Source: Octopus vulgaris (taxonomy: Eukaryota). From it: a DNA stretch of 64,000 nucleotides. The notes under the pieces are model-generated. The model ran no database searches. It had not been told where the DNA came from and saw only the letters and a list, made by a program, of their open reading frames with translations. The translations under genes were made by a program, and so were the position numbers. The first letter of the stretch is position 1. Every line of letters begins with the position of its first letter. This document shows, in pieces, positions 13,522 to 26,999 of the stretch. The DNA lies in the NCBI GenBank assembly GCA_951406725.2, contig OX597822.1, forward strand, positions 60,512,001 through 60,576,000, given 5' to 3'.

Positions 13522-13560
<39 letters not shown>

Positions 13561-13950
13561 TAAAAAGATACCTGCACAACCACATGTTTTCAAGTTCAGT
13601 CCCGCTTCGTGGCACTTTGGCCAAGTATCTTCTACTACATCACCAAGCCTCGTGAATAAATTTCTTTATGAAAACTGAAAAAGCCGATCGTATATATATA
13701 TGTATGTATGTGTATGTGTATACGTACGGGTGTACACCTTTGTTTTGTGTCTGTCTTTCCACCGCTTGACAGCTGGTGCTGGTTTGTTTATGTCTCCTTA
13801 ACGTAACAGTTTAGCAGAAAAAAAAGACCAACAGAGTAAGTAAAGTCTTTAAAAAAAAAGTACTGGTATCGACTGGTTCGACTAAACACTTCAAGGCAAT
13901 ACTCCAACATGGCTGCAGTCCAATAACTGAAGCAAATAAAAAATAAAAGA
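13500..13950 (+). mobile_element. SINE family A, diverged
   Basis: Recognisable head, body and 3' tail (catggctgcagtccaataactgaa). Confidence 0.65.
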
Positions 13951-14574
13951 TGTGTGCGTGGGTACAAGAAGAATAGAAAGAAAGAGTGTGAGAGAGAGAG
14001 AGAGAGAGAAAGAGTTAATGTTTTTAAACTTTTCCATTGCACAATCAAGTAAAGGTTATTGTAATCGGATATAAATGCTCCTGCGATGTATGGACTTGTA
14101 ACTATGCTAGAAATCAATATAAGTTGCTAAGAAAATGACAACAGTGTCTTGCTAGGAAATATAGTCAGAACAATAGGCGTGCGTATCTACAAAGACACGC
14201 ACGCCAATACATACAGACACAAAAATGTATACCTACATGTGATTATACACCCACACATCCATACGTGAATGTAGTGTGTATGTATATATATCAATATCAA
14301 TCTATGCATTCACATATATATATGTACGTATGTATATATTTATGTATGTATGTATGTATGTATGTATGTATGTATGTATGTATGTATGTATGTATGTATG
14401 TATGTATAAACAGACGTATATACACAAATTCCGCACAAGCACATACATGCCTACATGTAAATATATAAATAAATGTATATGTATATTCTATATATTTATG
14501 TGTGTATATGTTCTTATAGGTATATATGTGTGTGCATGTATAAATTTATTTGTATACATATATATGTTTATATT

Positions 14575-14644
<70 letters not shown>

Positions 14645-14675
14645 CATGTGTGTACGCCTGTGTGTGTGTAGAAAG

Positions 14676-14745
<70 letters not shown>

Positions 14746-15669
14746 ATAGATGAGTGTGTATATGTTTATCCATGTACACTTATATATACAGAAATATATG
14801 TATGTATTTATGTATGTACGTACGTATGTATGTATATACGTATGCATGCATGAATCAATGTATGATATTGGAGGTCACCAAAGTCATAAAGCGTAGCTGC
14901 AGACCTTCGTCAAAAAATATCTGTGCTGCATCCTCAAGATCTAGTGGTCGGACATTTTAAACAGAAATCTGTGGGATAAAACGAACTAAACTTCCATCAA
15001 TTCAGAAATTATGAAAAGGAAATGGTGCGGCTCGATGACACTCAAAGGTGACCTCCAAGTAGCATTGCAAGACAAGTGTTAGAGGAAATTTGAACGATCT
15101 AAGAAGACCTGGAAAAAATGCGTGGAGGATGAAATGGAAGCCATCAGTCCCGCTTGCTCTTAAATCAAAGATTGCATCTACTGCCATGCTCCTCACTGAG
15201 TAATCTAGACTAAACTAACTAGAAGACTATATGTATATACATATGTGTATGTATGTATGTGCGTATGTATGTGTATGTGTATATAAATATATATGTACAT
15301 ACACACACATACACACACACACGCACCCACACACACGCACACACACATCCACACACACATACACACACATATAGGCATATATATATATATGTATGTATGT
15401 ATGTACGTATGTATATACATGTATGTATGTATGTATCTATGTATGTATGTATGTATGTATGTATGAATGTATTATGTACGTATGTATGTATGTATGTATG
15501 TATGTATGTATGAATGTATGTATGTATGTATGTATGTATGTATGTATGTATGTATGTATGTATGTATGTATGTATAATAGCTTAAAAGCCGTACTCAGTG
15601 CAGACTTTGAAGCTGGCTCCTACGGAGGGATTATTGGGTCTGCGGCCTAAAACTAAAGAGAGCAATGGT

Positions 15670-16040
15670 AACAAGAGCACTCAGAGAGCGCAAACCTCCG
15701 CTAAGTCAACAGCAACGTCCTCTCAACGATGAGATGATTTTTAAAATGAGGATATCTGAAATGACCTCGACTGCTCTCACAAATGAGAATACTAAAAATG
15801 AACCGGACCGCTCTCAAAAATTAATTAAAAACAACGGAGAAATAATCCAGATTCCTTGTCCGGTACCGGATCGATCCCAAAACCCAATCAGTTCGTGCCA
15901 CTCATGAGGCCAAACATACATGAGAGTTTCATCCGAATCCATCCAGTGGTTCTTGAGATATCTTGTCCACGGACAAACAAACAAACAAACAAACGCGACT
16001 GAAAACAATACCTCCACCTTCGCTAAGTCGGAGGTAATAA
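15670..16040 (-). mobile_element. Helentron-associated (HINE/DINE-1-like) element
   Basis: Minus strand reads TTATTACCTCCGACTTAGCGAAGGTGGAGGTA (subterminal inverted repeat), then (GTTT)n, then 3' cttagcggaggt followed by stem-loop gcgctc-tct-gagtgc. Confidence 0.7.
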
Positions 16041-16680
16041 AGGATTTATTGGTACCCTACAAATTTGGTATTACTTTAAATTCAGTTTAAATGAAAAACA
16101 TGTAACTTCACAAATTTTTAGAGTTCTTTTAAATTTGAATAGAATACATACGTGTGTGTGTGTTGTGACTTTGTGTTTGTCCCCCACCACCGTTTGATAA
16201 CTAGTGTTGCTGTATGTACGTTCACGTAACTTAGCGGTTCGGTAAAAGAGCCCAATAAAAGTACCAGGCATAAAATTGAAAGAACTGGTTTGATTTATTC
16301 GACTAAAATTCTTCAAAGCGGTGCCCTAGCGTGGCCGCCGTCTAATGACTGAAAAAGGTAAAAGAACCACTAAATTCCTCAGGAAAACTTAAAGCTTTGT
16401 GAGATAACTCTTGTACCACTCACGGTCGCTTTACCTGCTAGAAATAGCAAGCTAAATGCTTTTAAATCAGAGCCCAATGCTGGGTGTTCTAGAACCATAT
16501 GAAGGGCAGATTTTCATTCCAGGGATCATCCTGATTCCAAAACAGTGTAATATGTCTATGTAGAGCAAAGGTTGACTGAGATACAGGGAGCCCGGATGGA
16601 CAGAATTACACTTTTATTAATATGCGTTACGTATGTATACATACGGACATAACGGACATATTGTTTATTTAATCGTGTTC

Positions 16681-16975
16681 TTTTCTGTCGAAGAGCGTAG
16701 GCTCGAAACGTAAAAGACATTCTCACCTTCCCGAGCGTCAAACTAATTCACCTGCTTGTTGTTTATACACCTGTCTTCGTCTTTTATTTTCCTGTAAATT
16801 ACAACTATCGCTAGCCACTACACATTCTTTATTTTCTCTCTTTGTTTCTTTCTGTGTTCCTTTCTATAGAAGAGCGTAGGCTCGAAACATTAAAGATTTT
16901 TTCACTTCCCAAGCGTTATACTAATACATCTGTTTGTTGTCTACACTACCTGACTATGTCTTTTGGGGTTTTTTT
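16681..16975 (+). repeat. Two ~180-bp-spaced repeats each with a degenerate minimal hammerhead-like motif (Penelope pseudo-LTR-like)
   Basis: ctgtcgaa-gagc-gtag-gctc-gaaacgta at 16685 and ctatagaa-gagc-gtag-gctc-gaaacat at 16864. Each is followed by a similar pyrimidine-rich tail. Confidence 0.55.
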
Positions 16976-17016
16976 GTGAATTCTCCTCCTATATCTGTGT
17001 GTGTGCGTGTGTGTGT

Positions 17017-17356
17017 GTGAAGGCGCATGGCTCAGTGGTTAGAGCGTCAAGCTTACGATCGTGAGGTTGTGAGTTCGAATCCAGAACTGGGTTGAGTGTT
17101 GTGTTCTTGAACAACACACTTTATTTCACGTTGCTCCAGTTCACTGAGCTGTAGAAATGAGTTGCGACATCACTGGTGCCAAGCTGTATCGGCCCCTTTG
17201 CCTTTCTATTGGATAACACTGGTGGCGTGGAGAGGGGAGGCTAATAAGCAAGGGCGACTGGTGGACTCCCATAAACAACCTTGCCCGGGCTTGTGCCTCG
17301 GAGAACTTCTTAGGCGCAATCCCATGGTCATTCATGATCATAGGGGGTATTTACCT

Positions 17357-17398
<42 letters not shown>

Positions 17399-17540
17399 CT
17401 TGGCACCTGTGACATCGCAACTCATTTCTACAGCTCAGTGAACTGGAGCAACGTGAAATAAAGTGTCTTGCTCAAGAACACAACACGCAGCCCTGTCCGG
17501 TCGTAAGCTCGACGCTCTAACCACTGAGCCATGCGCCTTC
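17017..17540. mobile_element. Inverted pair of family C SINEs (+ 17017-17355, - 17400-17540)
   Basis: gaaggcgcatggctcagtggttagagcgtc head and ttcttgaRcaa.acactttatttcacgttgctccagttcactgagctgtagaaatgagttgcga body, present on both strands. Confidence 0.85.
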
Positions 17541-17569
17541 TCACACACACACACAAACACGCACACACA

Positions 17570-17639
<70 letters not shown>

Positions 17640-17764
17640 TATATATATGCACAAATGGAGAGAAGGGGAAACAAAGGAAGAGAGACATAGATAGATAGAT
17701 AGAAAGCTAGATATATATTTTTATGTCTATAAGTGTTTATACACACACACATACAAACACACAT

Positions 17765-17795
<31 letters not shown>

Positions 17796-17874
17796 CATAT
17801 ACGAAGAGAGAAAGAGGGGGAACAAAGACAGACAGACATACGTAGGTAGGTAGACAGGTATGTATGTAGGTAGG

Positions 17875-18075
<201 letters not shown>

Positions 18076-19195
18076 GTGTTTTATGTCTATATGTGTTTAT
18101 GTATATGTGACAACCTAAATTCCTGTAATAATTTGCATATTCTTACAGTTCTATCAATTGTTCGTAATTTCCTACTCAGCGGTGAATGTGAAACTGTCTT
18201 TTTATCGTCGGTACTGGATTAGTTACATACTCAAGAACACCAGTAGCCACTTATATGTATCTGAAGTTACAATATTTACTTATTTGCAGATTTCTCATTC
18301 GTTCAGCAGTATTCTTTTCTTTTTCTTTGACTTAAATAGTAACATGTGGGCAACGACGGTTTACTATTGCGCATATTTTCTTCGCTCTGTCTCAGATCAT
18401 TATGTTTAGTCTACTGTGCCTAGATACACTTCGATACTCGGTTCTTAGCGGATATCCTTTACTGCTTATTTGTTTCAGTCATTGACCTGTGGCCATGCTG
18501 GGGCACCACCTTGAAACGTTTCGTCGAACAAATAGATCCTAGTACTTTTTAAAAGTCTGGATCTTGTGCTGTAAACCGCTAAGCTATGGTAAAAGAAGCC
18601 AAATTAACACTGTTTATTAAGCAGAGGCTTGACGAATAAGGTGGCCTAATTTAGAGGCCAAACCGTTTGAAAGATCGAATTTTTTTTTTCTTTTTTGCAA
18701 TATACAAAAGAATGCTACAAAATTAATAGTCACTTTAAGAGTCCTTTTCGCGAGACCTAAAATGGTTCAACTTCAACGCTCCAGGAACAAAGGAGTATTA
18801 GATGTATATCAAAATTATATATACATAGTATCGAGAAAGGTGAAGCCTCCAAAAGACTACACCTTCTACCAGTAATCAACAATCTATTATTCATATGAAT
18901 TAGTTATGAAGTGACACAGCCAACTGAGTAAGAAAAGAATTCTCCTCAAACAGAAGATTGATACCAATTAGAATTAATAACTGAGACAAAGTTGTTGAGT
19001 TGAAGGCAAGTAGCCAGTTCGAGAAAAAATTGATTAATATAGAACATTAAATTTGAATCACACTGTTGTCTATAGTTTAATTCGTTTACTGGTTTACGCC
19101 CCTATTTCAGCACGCCTTCGAAAGTTTTAGTCAATTATATCGATTCTAGTAATCATTTCATCGCATTTTGTTTATCGTGTTGCTGTACCTACCTT

Positions 19196-19514
19196 GTGGA
19201 GGCGCAATGGCCCAGTGTTTAGGGCAGCAGACGCGCGGTCGGAAGATCGCGGTTTCGATTCCCAGACCGAGCGTTGTGTATGTTTATTGAGCGAAAACAC
19301 CTAAAAGCTCCACGAGGCTCTGGCAGGGGGTGGTGACGACCCCAGTTGTACTCTTTCGCTACAACTTTCTCTCACTCTCTCTTCCTGTTTCTTGAGTATC
19401 GCTGGGATGGACTAGTGTCCCGTCCAGCTGGGAGGAACACCTACGCCACAGAAACCGGAAAACCGGGCCCGTGAGCCTGGCTAGGCTTGAAAAGGGCGAC
19501 GTTTATCGTTTATC
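19196..19514 (+). mobile_element. SINE family D (V-domain-like) with 11-bp TSD
   Basis: tRNA head and gatggactagtgtcccgtccag block; TSD gtacctacctt at 19185-19195 and 19515-19525. Confidence 0.85.
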
Positions 19515-20738
19515 GTACCTACCTTACGTTACGGCCCATTTAAGAGAATTACCTTTCCTAAGAGAGAAAATTCCACAGTCCGGAACCATGTAGTCTGAAG
19601 CAAACTTGTTAATCACACAGGTGTGCTCGCCCCCTTATTTATGTAGAAAAGATTCTCAATTCACGCATTTACACCCTTACACACTCAACTAAACAAATCC
19701 GTTCAATATAAAAGCAAGATAATAGTGGATACACACATACACGAAAACATGATCTGAGACAGAATATTGATTACTAATACAAGGCCACATATACAGGGTG
19801 ATGCAGATTGTCAAATACAGTGACATGAAAGGAAAAGTAAATCCGACCTCAGCGACATTTGAACTCAGAGCATAAAGGATCGTAAATAAGTACAAAAAGT
19901 TGTTTTGTTACAGCCCTTTGTGTTCTAAATCAATCTACTGATACAGACTGCTAATCCGATGTCAATTCACTAGCATATATTAGAAAATCCCATGTTTGTA
20001 TATAAAGCTCATACAAGGAGGTTTGAGATGTGATAAAAAAGAGAAAAAAACGAAAGACGCTGTGGTTATGATGCAGGTTTTTCTTTCTTTGACCAAGAGA
20101 AAGAGATCGACCGGACTAATTTTGTCGAAGCTTCATCAACGGTCTCTTATTCATTTCTGATAACATTTCATTTGCTGAGTCAACCTGATGTCTGACAATA
20201 TTTATTTGGAAAGTAAGTTTTTAAAAATAAGTTAGAATAAAGGTAAATCTCTTGAAAGAGATGTACTCAAAAAACTATCTCACTCTGTGTTTTTACATAT
20301 ATATATATATATAATAATACATATTAAGTACAGGTTATCACCAACGGGTGAAAAATACGCAAACACACGAGATATAAGTACAGGACAAAATGCCAAAAGA
20401 AAATAACTCGCTCATCAGTTGTCGACTGTTTTACTGACACATTTCATGCCTTTAACGACAAGACAGGAAAACTTCGTAAGACAATAGCGTCCAGAAATTT
20501 TTAGAATATAAAATTTGTCGAGAGTTAGGGCTTCGAACGAACAAACAACAGAGTGGACGTACAAAGTAAACAATCGACGAAGACAAAAATTAAGGGCCGT
20601 TAGGCCAAGACGAATTGTAATGGATACCGCCTGGGAGAAATTCCTAAACGAAATAGAATAAATAGAAGAGAAGTATATAACAGAAGACAAAAAAGATGCC
20701 GGGAAGCGAGAAATACGACGTCCAGCCCGATATATATA

Positions 20739-22032
20739 CAGGGTGTTTCAAAAAATTTGATATCATTTTGAAATCTAATAATTTTCCCAGCTCTTGTTCA
20801 AATGACTTCAAATTTTAACAGCATGTGTTGAAACAGGTCAAACTTTTATGCTTAATGTTTGATATGTTTATCTTTTCAGGTATAGAAATGGCATTCACTG
20901 GAAGAGAAAAGGCGTTTTGTGTGTTGGAGTATGCTCGAACACAGTCGAACAAGACTGTGCAGCGTGCATTTGTGAGAAAGTTCTCTAAAAAGTAACCAAC
21001 GGCATTGCAAATTTGGACATGGCACAAAAACTTCAAAGAGGAAGGCTGTCTGTGCAGGGCAAAAGGATCTGGATGACCATTAATATCGGAAGAGACGGTC
21101 GAGCGGGTTCGCCAAAAACTCTTGCGAAGCCCCAAGAAATCCATAAGAAGAACAAGTCTGGAAACTATATTCCTCCAACAACAGTTTGGCGGATCCTGAG
21201 AAAACGCTTGCTAATGAAACCCTACAAGCTGCAGCCCATTCAGGCCATAACGGCAGATGACAAGCGAAAGCGCAAACAATTCTGTGTGAGAATTATGCAA
21301 GAGAAACTTGAAGAGAATTATGTAAGAATTATGCAAGAGAAACTTGAAGAAGCCAAGTTCAAGGAACGTCTTGTTTTCAGTGATGAGACCACATTTCATA
21401 CGAATGGCAAAGTCAATAAGCCTAATATTCGTATATGGGGTGAAGAAAATCCTCATGTCACAGTTGAGCACGAGAGGGACTTATCAAATGTGAATGTTTT
21501 CTGTGCCATCTCCAAGAAGCATCTTCATGGCCCGTTTTTCTTTGACGGGGGCTCCAACTGACTGGAAGCTCACTGTGCGGGCTTATCTCAATGACAATCT
21601 GCGAGGAAGATGGATCGGGCGTGCTGGTGATGAAACGTGCTGTTGAAACGGCCGTCAAGTTCACCTGACCTGACACCTTGCGATTTTTTTCTCTAAGGTT
21701 ATGTGAAGGGCTTGGTCTATGTCCCACTTTTCCTGCAAACCTAGAGGAACTCGAGCAGAGAATCACTACCGCATTGGAGACTGTTACCCAAGACATGCTG
21801 CGTGTTTGAGAGGAGCTAGACTACCGATTTAACGTGTGCCGTGCCTCAGGCGGTGAGCATATTGAACATTTGTGAAATCGTTCATGGAATCCACATACCT
21901 TTGAATTTCTCATTCAAATTTGGAGGAATAAATCTTATCTTGTTCAACATTAAACCTGTTTCATTTGCTTTGACTATGTAGTTTCTGCGATATTTACATT
22001 TCAAATTATATCAAATTTTTTGAAACACCCTG
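20739..22032 (+). mobile_element. Tc1/mariner-superfamily transposon (rosa/DD41D-like) with both TIRs, pseudogenised
   Basis: TIRs cagggtgtttcaaaaaatttgatat.atttt?gaaat with TA flanks. Transposase 20888-21875 includes MAFTGREKAFCVLEYA, FSDETTFHTNGKVNKPNIRIWGEENP and SPDLTPCDFF, with stops, frameshifts, a 30-bp duplication and a deletion. Confidence 0.92.
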
Positions 22033-22046
22033 TATATATACATACA

Positions 22047-22091
<45 letters not shown>

Positions 22092-22899
22092 CCAACAAGA
22101 TATGTAATTTTTAAATTCCGTTTCTCCTTATAGGAAAATGAAATAAATATGGGGTTGCAAATAGAAGCGCTCAAGTAAAAAAACCGAGGCAAAAGACAAA
22201 CTCAGTGGTTAAAAATTAAACATCAGAATTAGGCAACTTTATATCATCCCCATATATTCACACTGTTGAACATAAACAAATACGTATTAAAATACCAGGG
22301 CGTTCAGCGCACAAAACCCGAAGGTATAAGAATGCGCATATATACATATATAAAAACGTGTGAAAACCTGTAAAGAACGATGTGTATGAAAGCGTATGAA
22401 GAATATACACGAAGAAAATGTGAATGTATATATAGCAAGGCGACTAAGAAATTAAAAAATAAGATAGTTAAACTAATAAAAGTATAAGGAATCCAGAATA
22501 GTGTCCAATGTAACGTGCCAGGAGGAATTCAAGTCAGAAATCCAGAATAATGTCCATCGTAAAGTGCAAGAAGGAATTCAAGTCTACGGCCGTTTCAGGA
22601 GCGACTGCCACAATCCATTAACACATTAAAACACCAAACCGGCAGCAGTAAAAAATATCTTTACGAAAGAGGTTTCACATTCTGGTAATACGTCATTATT
22701 ACAAGGAAATAAGAAACATTTACATAGAGTGTGTACCAATTAAAAATTGGTTTTGTTGTGACCATTGTCGTTGCTTTCGGTGTCGATAAAATAGATACCA
22801 GTGAAACACTGGCGTCGATATAATCGACTAGTCCCCGCCCCAAAATATATTGGGCCTTGTGCCTTTAGTAAAAAGGATTATTATTATTATTATTGTTAT

Positions 22900-23433
22900 C
22901 TTTATCACAGTTTTTGTTGGAGCTCCTGGGGTCTTACGGTGCCATGCTATTCGTTCTTTTCAGTTTTCTAATACTTAGCTGATTATTCTGGCTGTGCCAA
23001 GGAGGCAAACCTTTTGTAACACTTCTACTGAGCACTCCTATTCCAGTTTCCTTTTATATTCCTCTTGATGTCTTCTGATACTGTTCGCAAGGATCCGACA
23101 ATAATTGGCACTGTCTTCACCCTCTTCATTTTCCATAACCGGGTTATTTCGTACTTAAGAGGGTTGTATCTATCTATCTTTTCGGCGTCCTTTTTGACTA
23201 TTCGTGGGTCAAAGGGGCATGCAACGTCAACTATATAGCATATGTGGTGCACCTTGTCCGCCACCACTAGGTCCGGTCTGTTATGTTCTAGCACCTGATG
23301 TTTTGGTTTGGGAAATCTCAGAGGATTTTGCTAGTCTCCGACTGTCACTCAGCAGTTTGTGCTCATACCACGTCTTGCCTCTCTCTAGACCTCTTTTCGC
23401 ACACTTTCCAATATTGTGCCTGTAGTAGTAAGG
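22900..23433 (-). mobile_element. R4/Dong-clade LINE 3' fragment in (TAA)n
   Basis: HNRPDLVVADK..IVDVACPFD..EKIDRYNPLKYEITRLWKM..VPIIVGSL (PD-D restriction-like endonuclease). (TAT)n on both flanks. Confidence 0.85.
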
Positions 23434-23435
23434 AC

Positions 23436-23469
<34 letters not shown>

Positions 23470-23479
23470 ATCATCATCA

Positions 23480-23760
23480 AGGCCTAGTGGTTAGGGTGTT
23501 GCACACACAGTCGCGAGATCGTGGTTCAATTCCTGAGCCGGGTGGTGCGTTTTGTTATTGAGCAAAACACCATCTCACGTTGCTCTGGAATCATTTCGAC
23601 ACCTGATACGTGGTGCACCGTGCACCTGTCCAGGCAACGCCGATTTCTGGAGGCGGTGAGCTAATGTACAGCACATACATTTAATGTATCTGTATAAACA
23701 AATCATTTGTGCAGGCCATTCAGCAAACAGCTGAATGCACGTCATCTTCGACAGGAAAAT
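23480..23760 (+). mobile_element. Family C-like SINE
   Basis: Head ggcctagtggttagggtgttgcac...ggttcaattcc and body block ttgagcaaaacac. Confidence 0.6.
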
Positions 23761-23814
23761 CCATAATTATTATTAACATCATCATGATCATCAACGACAA
23801 CAATAGTGATAATA

Positions 23815-24470
23815 ATCTTTTCTATTATAGGTCAAAGCCAGAAATTTGGGGTGAGAAGGTCTAGTCGGTTACGTCCACCCCAGTGTTTCACCGGTACTTA
23901 ATTCATCGACCCCAAAAGGGTGAAAGGCAAAGTCGACCACGGCGAAATTTGAACTCAGAACGTAAAGGCGGACGAAATGCCATTAAGCATTTTCCTTGGT
24001 GTGCTAACGATTCTGCCAACTCGCCGCCTTAGCGACAATAAAATACTATAGACACAAGGCTTGAAATTTTGGAGTAGGGGGCTAGTCAAGTACATCGACA
24101 CCAATGCTCAACTGGTACTTATTTCATGAACCCCGAAAGAATGAAAGGCAAAGTCGACCTCGGTGGAATTTGAACTCAGAGCGATAAGACAGACGAAATG
24201 CCTCTAAGCATTTTATCCGGCATGCTAACGATTGTGCTGGCTCAAATAACGATGATCGTAATAATCCTTTCTACTATAGGCACAAGGCCTGAAATTTTGG
24301 GGAAGGAGTTAGTCGATTATATCGAACCTAGTACTCAAGGGAAGCTTATTTTTATCGACTCCGAAAGAATGAAAGGTAAAGTCGACCTCGGCGGGATTTG
24401 AACTCAGAACGTAAAGTCTGACGAAATGCCGCTAAGCATTTTACCCGGAATGGAACGATTCTGCCTGCTC
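23815..24470 (-). mobile_element. Three tandem family B SINEs
   Basis: Three copies of tgaaaggcaaagtcgacctcggcggaatttgaactcagaacg. Confidence 0.85.
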
Positions 24471-24479
24471 ACTGCCTAG

Positions 24480-24509
24480 ATAATAATAATAATGATAATA
24501 ATAATGATG

Positions 24510-24561
<52 letters not shown>

Positions 24562-24605
24562 TAATAATAACAACAACTGTAATAATAACAATAATAATAA
24601 CAGTA

Positions 24606-24645
<40 letters not shown>

Positions 24646-24654
24646 TAATAATAA

Positions 24655-24715
<61 letters not shown>
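24480..24715. repeat. (TAA)n/(TAG)n microsatellite
   Basis: Direct inspection. (TTA)n also at 25080-25160. Confidence 0.95.
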
Positions 24716-24716
<1 letters not shown>

Positions 24717-25087
24717 CTTTTTGCCAGATCTGTTTGATCAAGAATAATAATAAATATAATTAATAATAATTACAATCGATTGCTGTCAAATTTGTGAAAA
24801 CGCAGCCCAAAATTATATTTACTTATTAAAAAAAAAAAGCATAACGATGGAACACTGCTACATGTATACTATAATTAATGAGATATGCGATGAGTCAGTA
24901 TCGCATCTGACTCAAATTGAACATAAAAGTCACTTATTGTATGTCATGGAATCTTACTGTCTGCTGACATCGAAAAACGTTGCTGACGTCAAGAAACATG
25001 CTACAGAGAGAAGTTTGTTTCATACTCATGGGTATCTGGAAACTTCTAATACATATCACGTTTCTCAATCTATCAGTATTATTATTA

Positions 25088-25160
<73 letters not shown>

Positions 25161-26171
25161 CGATCGAGACAGATCTGGCTCTCAGGCGAATTTGTAGCGA
25201 GGGATCGACCAGTCGAGCGATTAGTTTTTCTCTGCTCGGTTGTTATGGAGAAGCACGTTTGTGCTGAAGGAGTCTTGTTTCTCAGGTAGGGCCCTCATTA
25301 ACTCTTTCACGAAAAGGAAGTTAAGGAGGAAGGAGAAGGAGAAACTGTCATACAGTCAATTTGATAAAAATATTTTCTGAGATCGATGAAGTTAGTGAGA
25401 CTAAATGAGTCTACTCTAAATACAAATTAGCAGCAAATATTAAAAGGAATTTGCCTTTGGAATGTCGAGATACTCTAAATTTTAGAGTAAGGATACATCG
25501 ATTCACCCTTTAATATTGTTTCCAGACTGCAGATTGTTTCTTATTCTTATCGTTATTGGTATTTATTGCTATTTTCAACAGAACATGCTTCAGTTCCCAA
25601 CAATTTCTAAAACACTACGAAACTCAGATAAGATCCACAATGAAATACTACTCCAACATCTAGAGCATAGCTGAAACAACACACACAGACACCGTACAAT
25701 GCATCTAGAGAAAGGCCACTGGTCTAGTTAGTATAGCTACAGATACATTCAGCTTCTAAGCTTCAGACGTGCTGTCTCTCGGTCTATCCAAGCAATACTA
25801 CAATAACCTCTACCCCCGGAAGCTGGCTGGTGTCGAGCCAATTTTACTCAGATTACTTCCCAATAACTTGTCTCTCTACCTTTTGGCACCCAGTCTGCGC
25901 ACTAACAACAACGGGCTAATTTGTTGAAACGTGAATGGCAAGGATGGTCTAAGTGAAAGAGCCTACTCTAAAAGGAGAGAGTACTTGCCCTAATGGTCAG
26001 GGTGACTGGTTTTTTAGACCATTTTTTTTGTTTCATTGTTTTTGCTATTTTACTGCTTACATGCCTTCATGTAACCCTATATCATATTGTTATAGTAACG
26101 TCCTGTACCGTCGTCAACTATTATGCAAACCCTTAGTAGTCCACAAAGAAGTCATTGTTGTTGTTTTTGTT

Positions 26172-26620
26172 AAGACGGCGAGCTTGTAAAATTGCTAGAG
26201 CATCGGACAAAATGCTTAGAGCATTCTCCGTCTTTATATTTTGAGTTCAAATTCCGCCGAGGTCGACTTTGCCTTTCATCAGTTTCGGTGTCGATGAAAT
26301 AAGAACTAGTTGAGCACTGGGGTCTATGTAACCGACTTGCTCCTGCCCCCAAAATTCAGTCCTCCTACCTATCGCAGAAAGAATTATTATAATTACATTT
26401 TGTTGTTAAGGTGGCGAGCTGGTTGAGTTGGTAGAACATCGGAAAAATTACCTTACGATATTTTGTCCCGTTCTATATTCTGAGTTCAAATTACCCAGAG
26501 GTCGACTTTGACTTTCATCAAATCGGGATCGATAAGAAAACACCAGTCAGGTATTCAGAAAGATGTTATCGATTTGCTTCTACCCTTAAATTTGCAAGCC
26601 TTATGCCCATGAAAAGAATT
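26172..26620 (+). mobile_element. Two tandem family B SINEs
   Basis: ggcgagct heads at 26177 and 26413, each followed by the family B core. Confidence 0.8.
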
Positions 26621-26999
26621 ATTATTACTAATATTATTTATAATATTATTGATTATGAATAATGGTCTAGCAATTTCAGTTCGTTTACTTTCCGTAACTG
26701 GGATTTCCGGCGTAGTCAGTTGTCTGCGGTGGAGTGGGATAGGGCTTGTCCACTCTATCTCGGTTAACTTGTCTTACTCTATATGAAGACGAGGTGTTTT
26801 GACCGAGATAACCTAATCTGTCGTTAACGATTATTGTATGCTTATTATTCATGTGTGTGAGTGTGAATACACACACACTTATATTGGGTGGGATATTTGA
26901 GTAAGTATATATACGTGTGTGTGCGTGTCCGTTTTTGTGTGTGCGCGCGCACAAGCTATAGGTATGTCGATCTATCTATTTATCTATAATATATACATA

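Noticed and set aside
14870-15200. Possible RTE-type LINE remnant (also a possible RLE tail at 25600-25860)
   Set aside because: Only faint motif resemblance and too decayed to call by eye.
19196-19275. tRNA genes at SINE heads (also 7126, 17017, 32044, 59000, 60740)
   Set aside because: A/B boxes are present but run into SINE bodies, several with TSDs, and no complete cloverleaf with an acceptor stem and T-terminator was seen.
21013-21561. Functional or domesticated transposase
   Set aside because: Premature stops, frameshifts, an internal duplication and a deletion in the catalytic region. The same applies to the mariner (49620) and Tigger (51432) ORFs.
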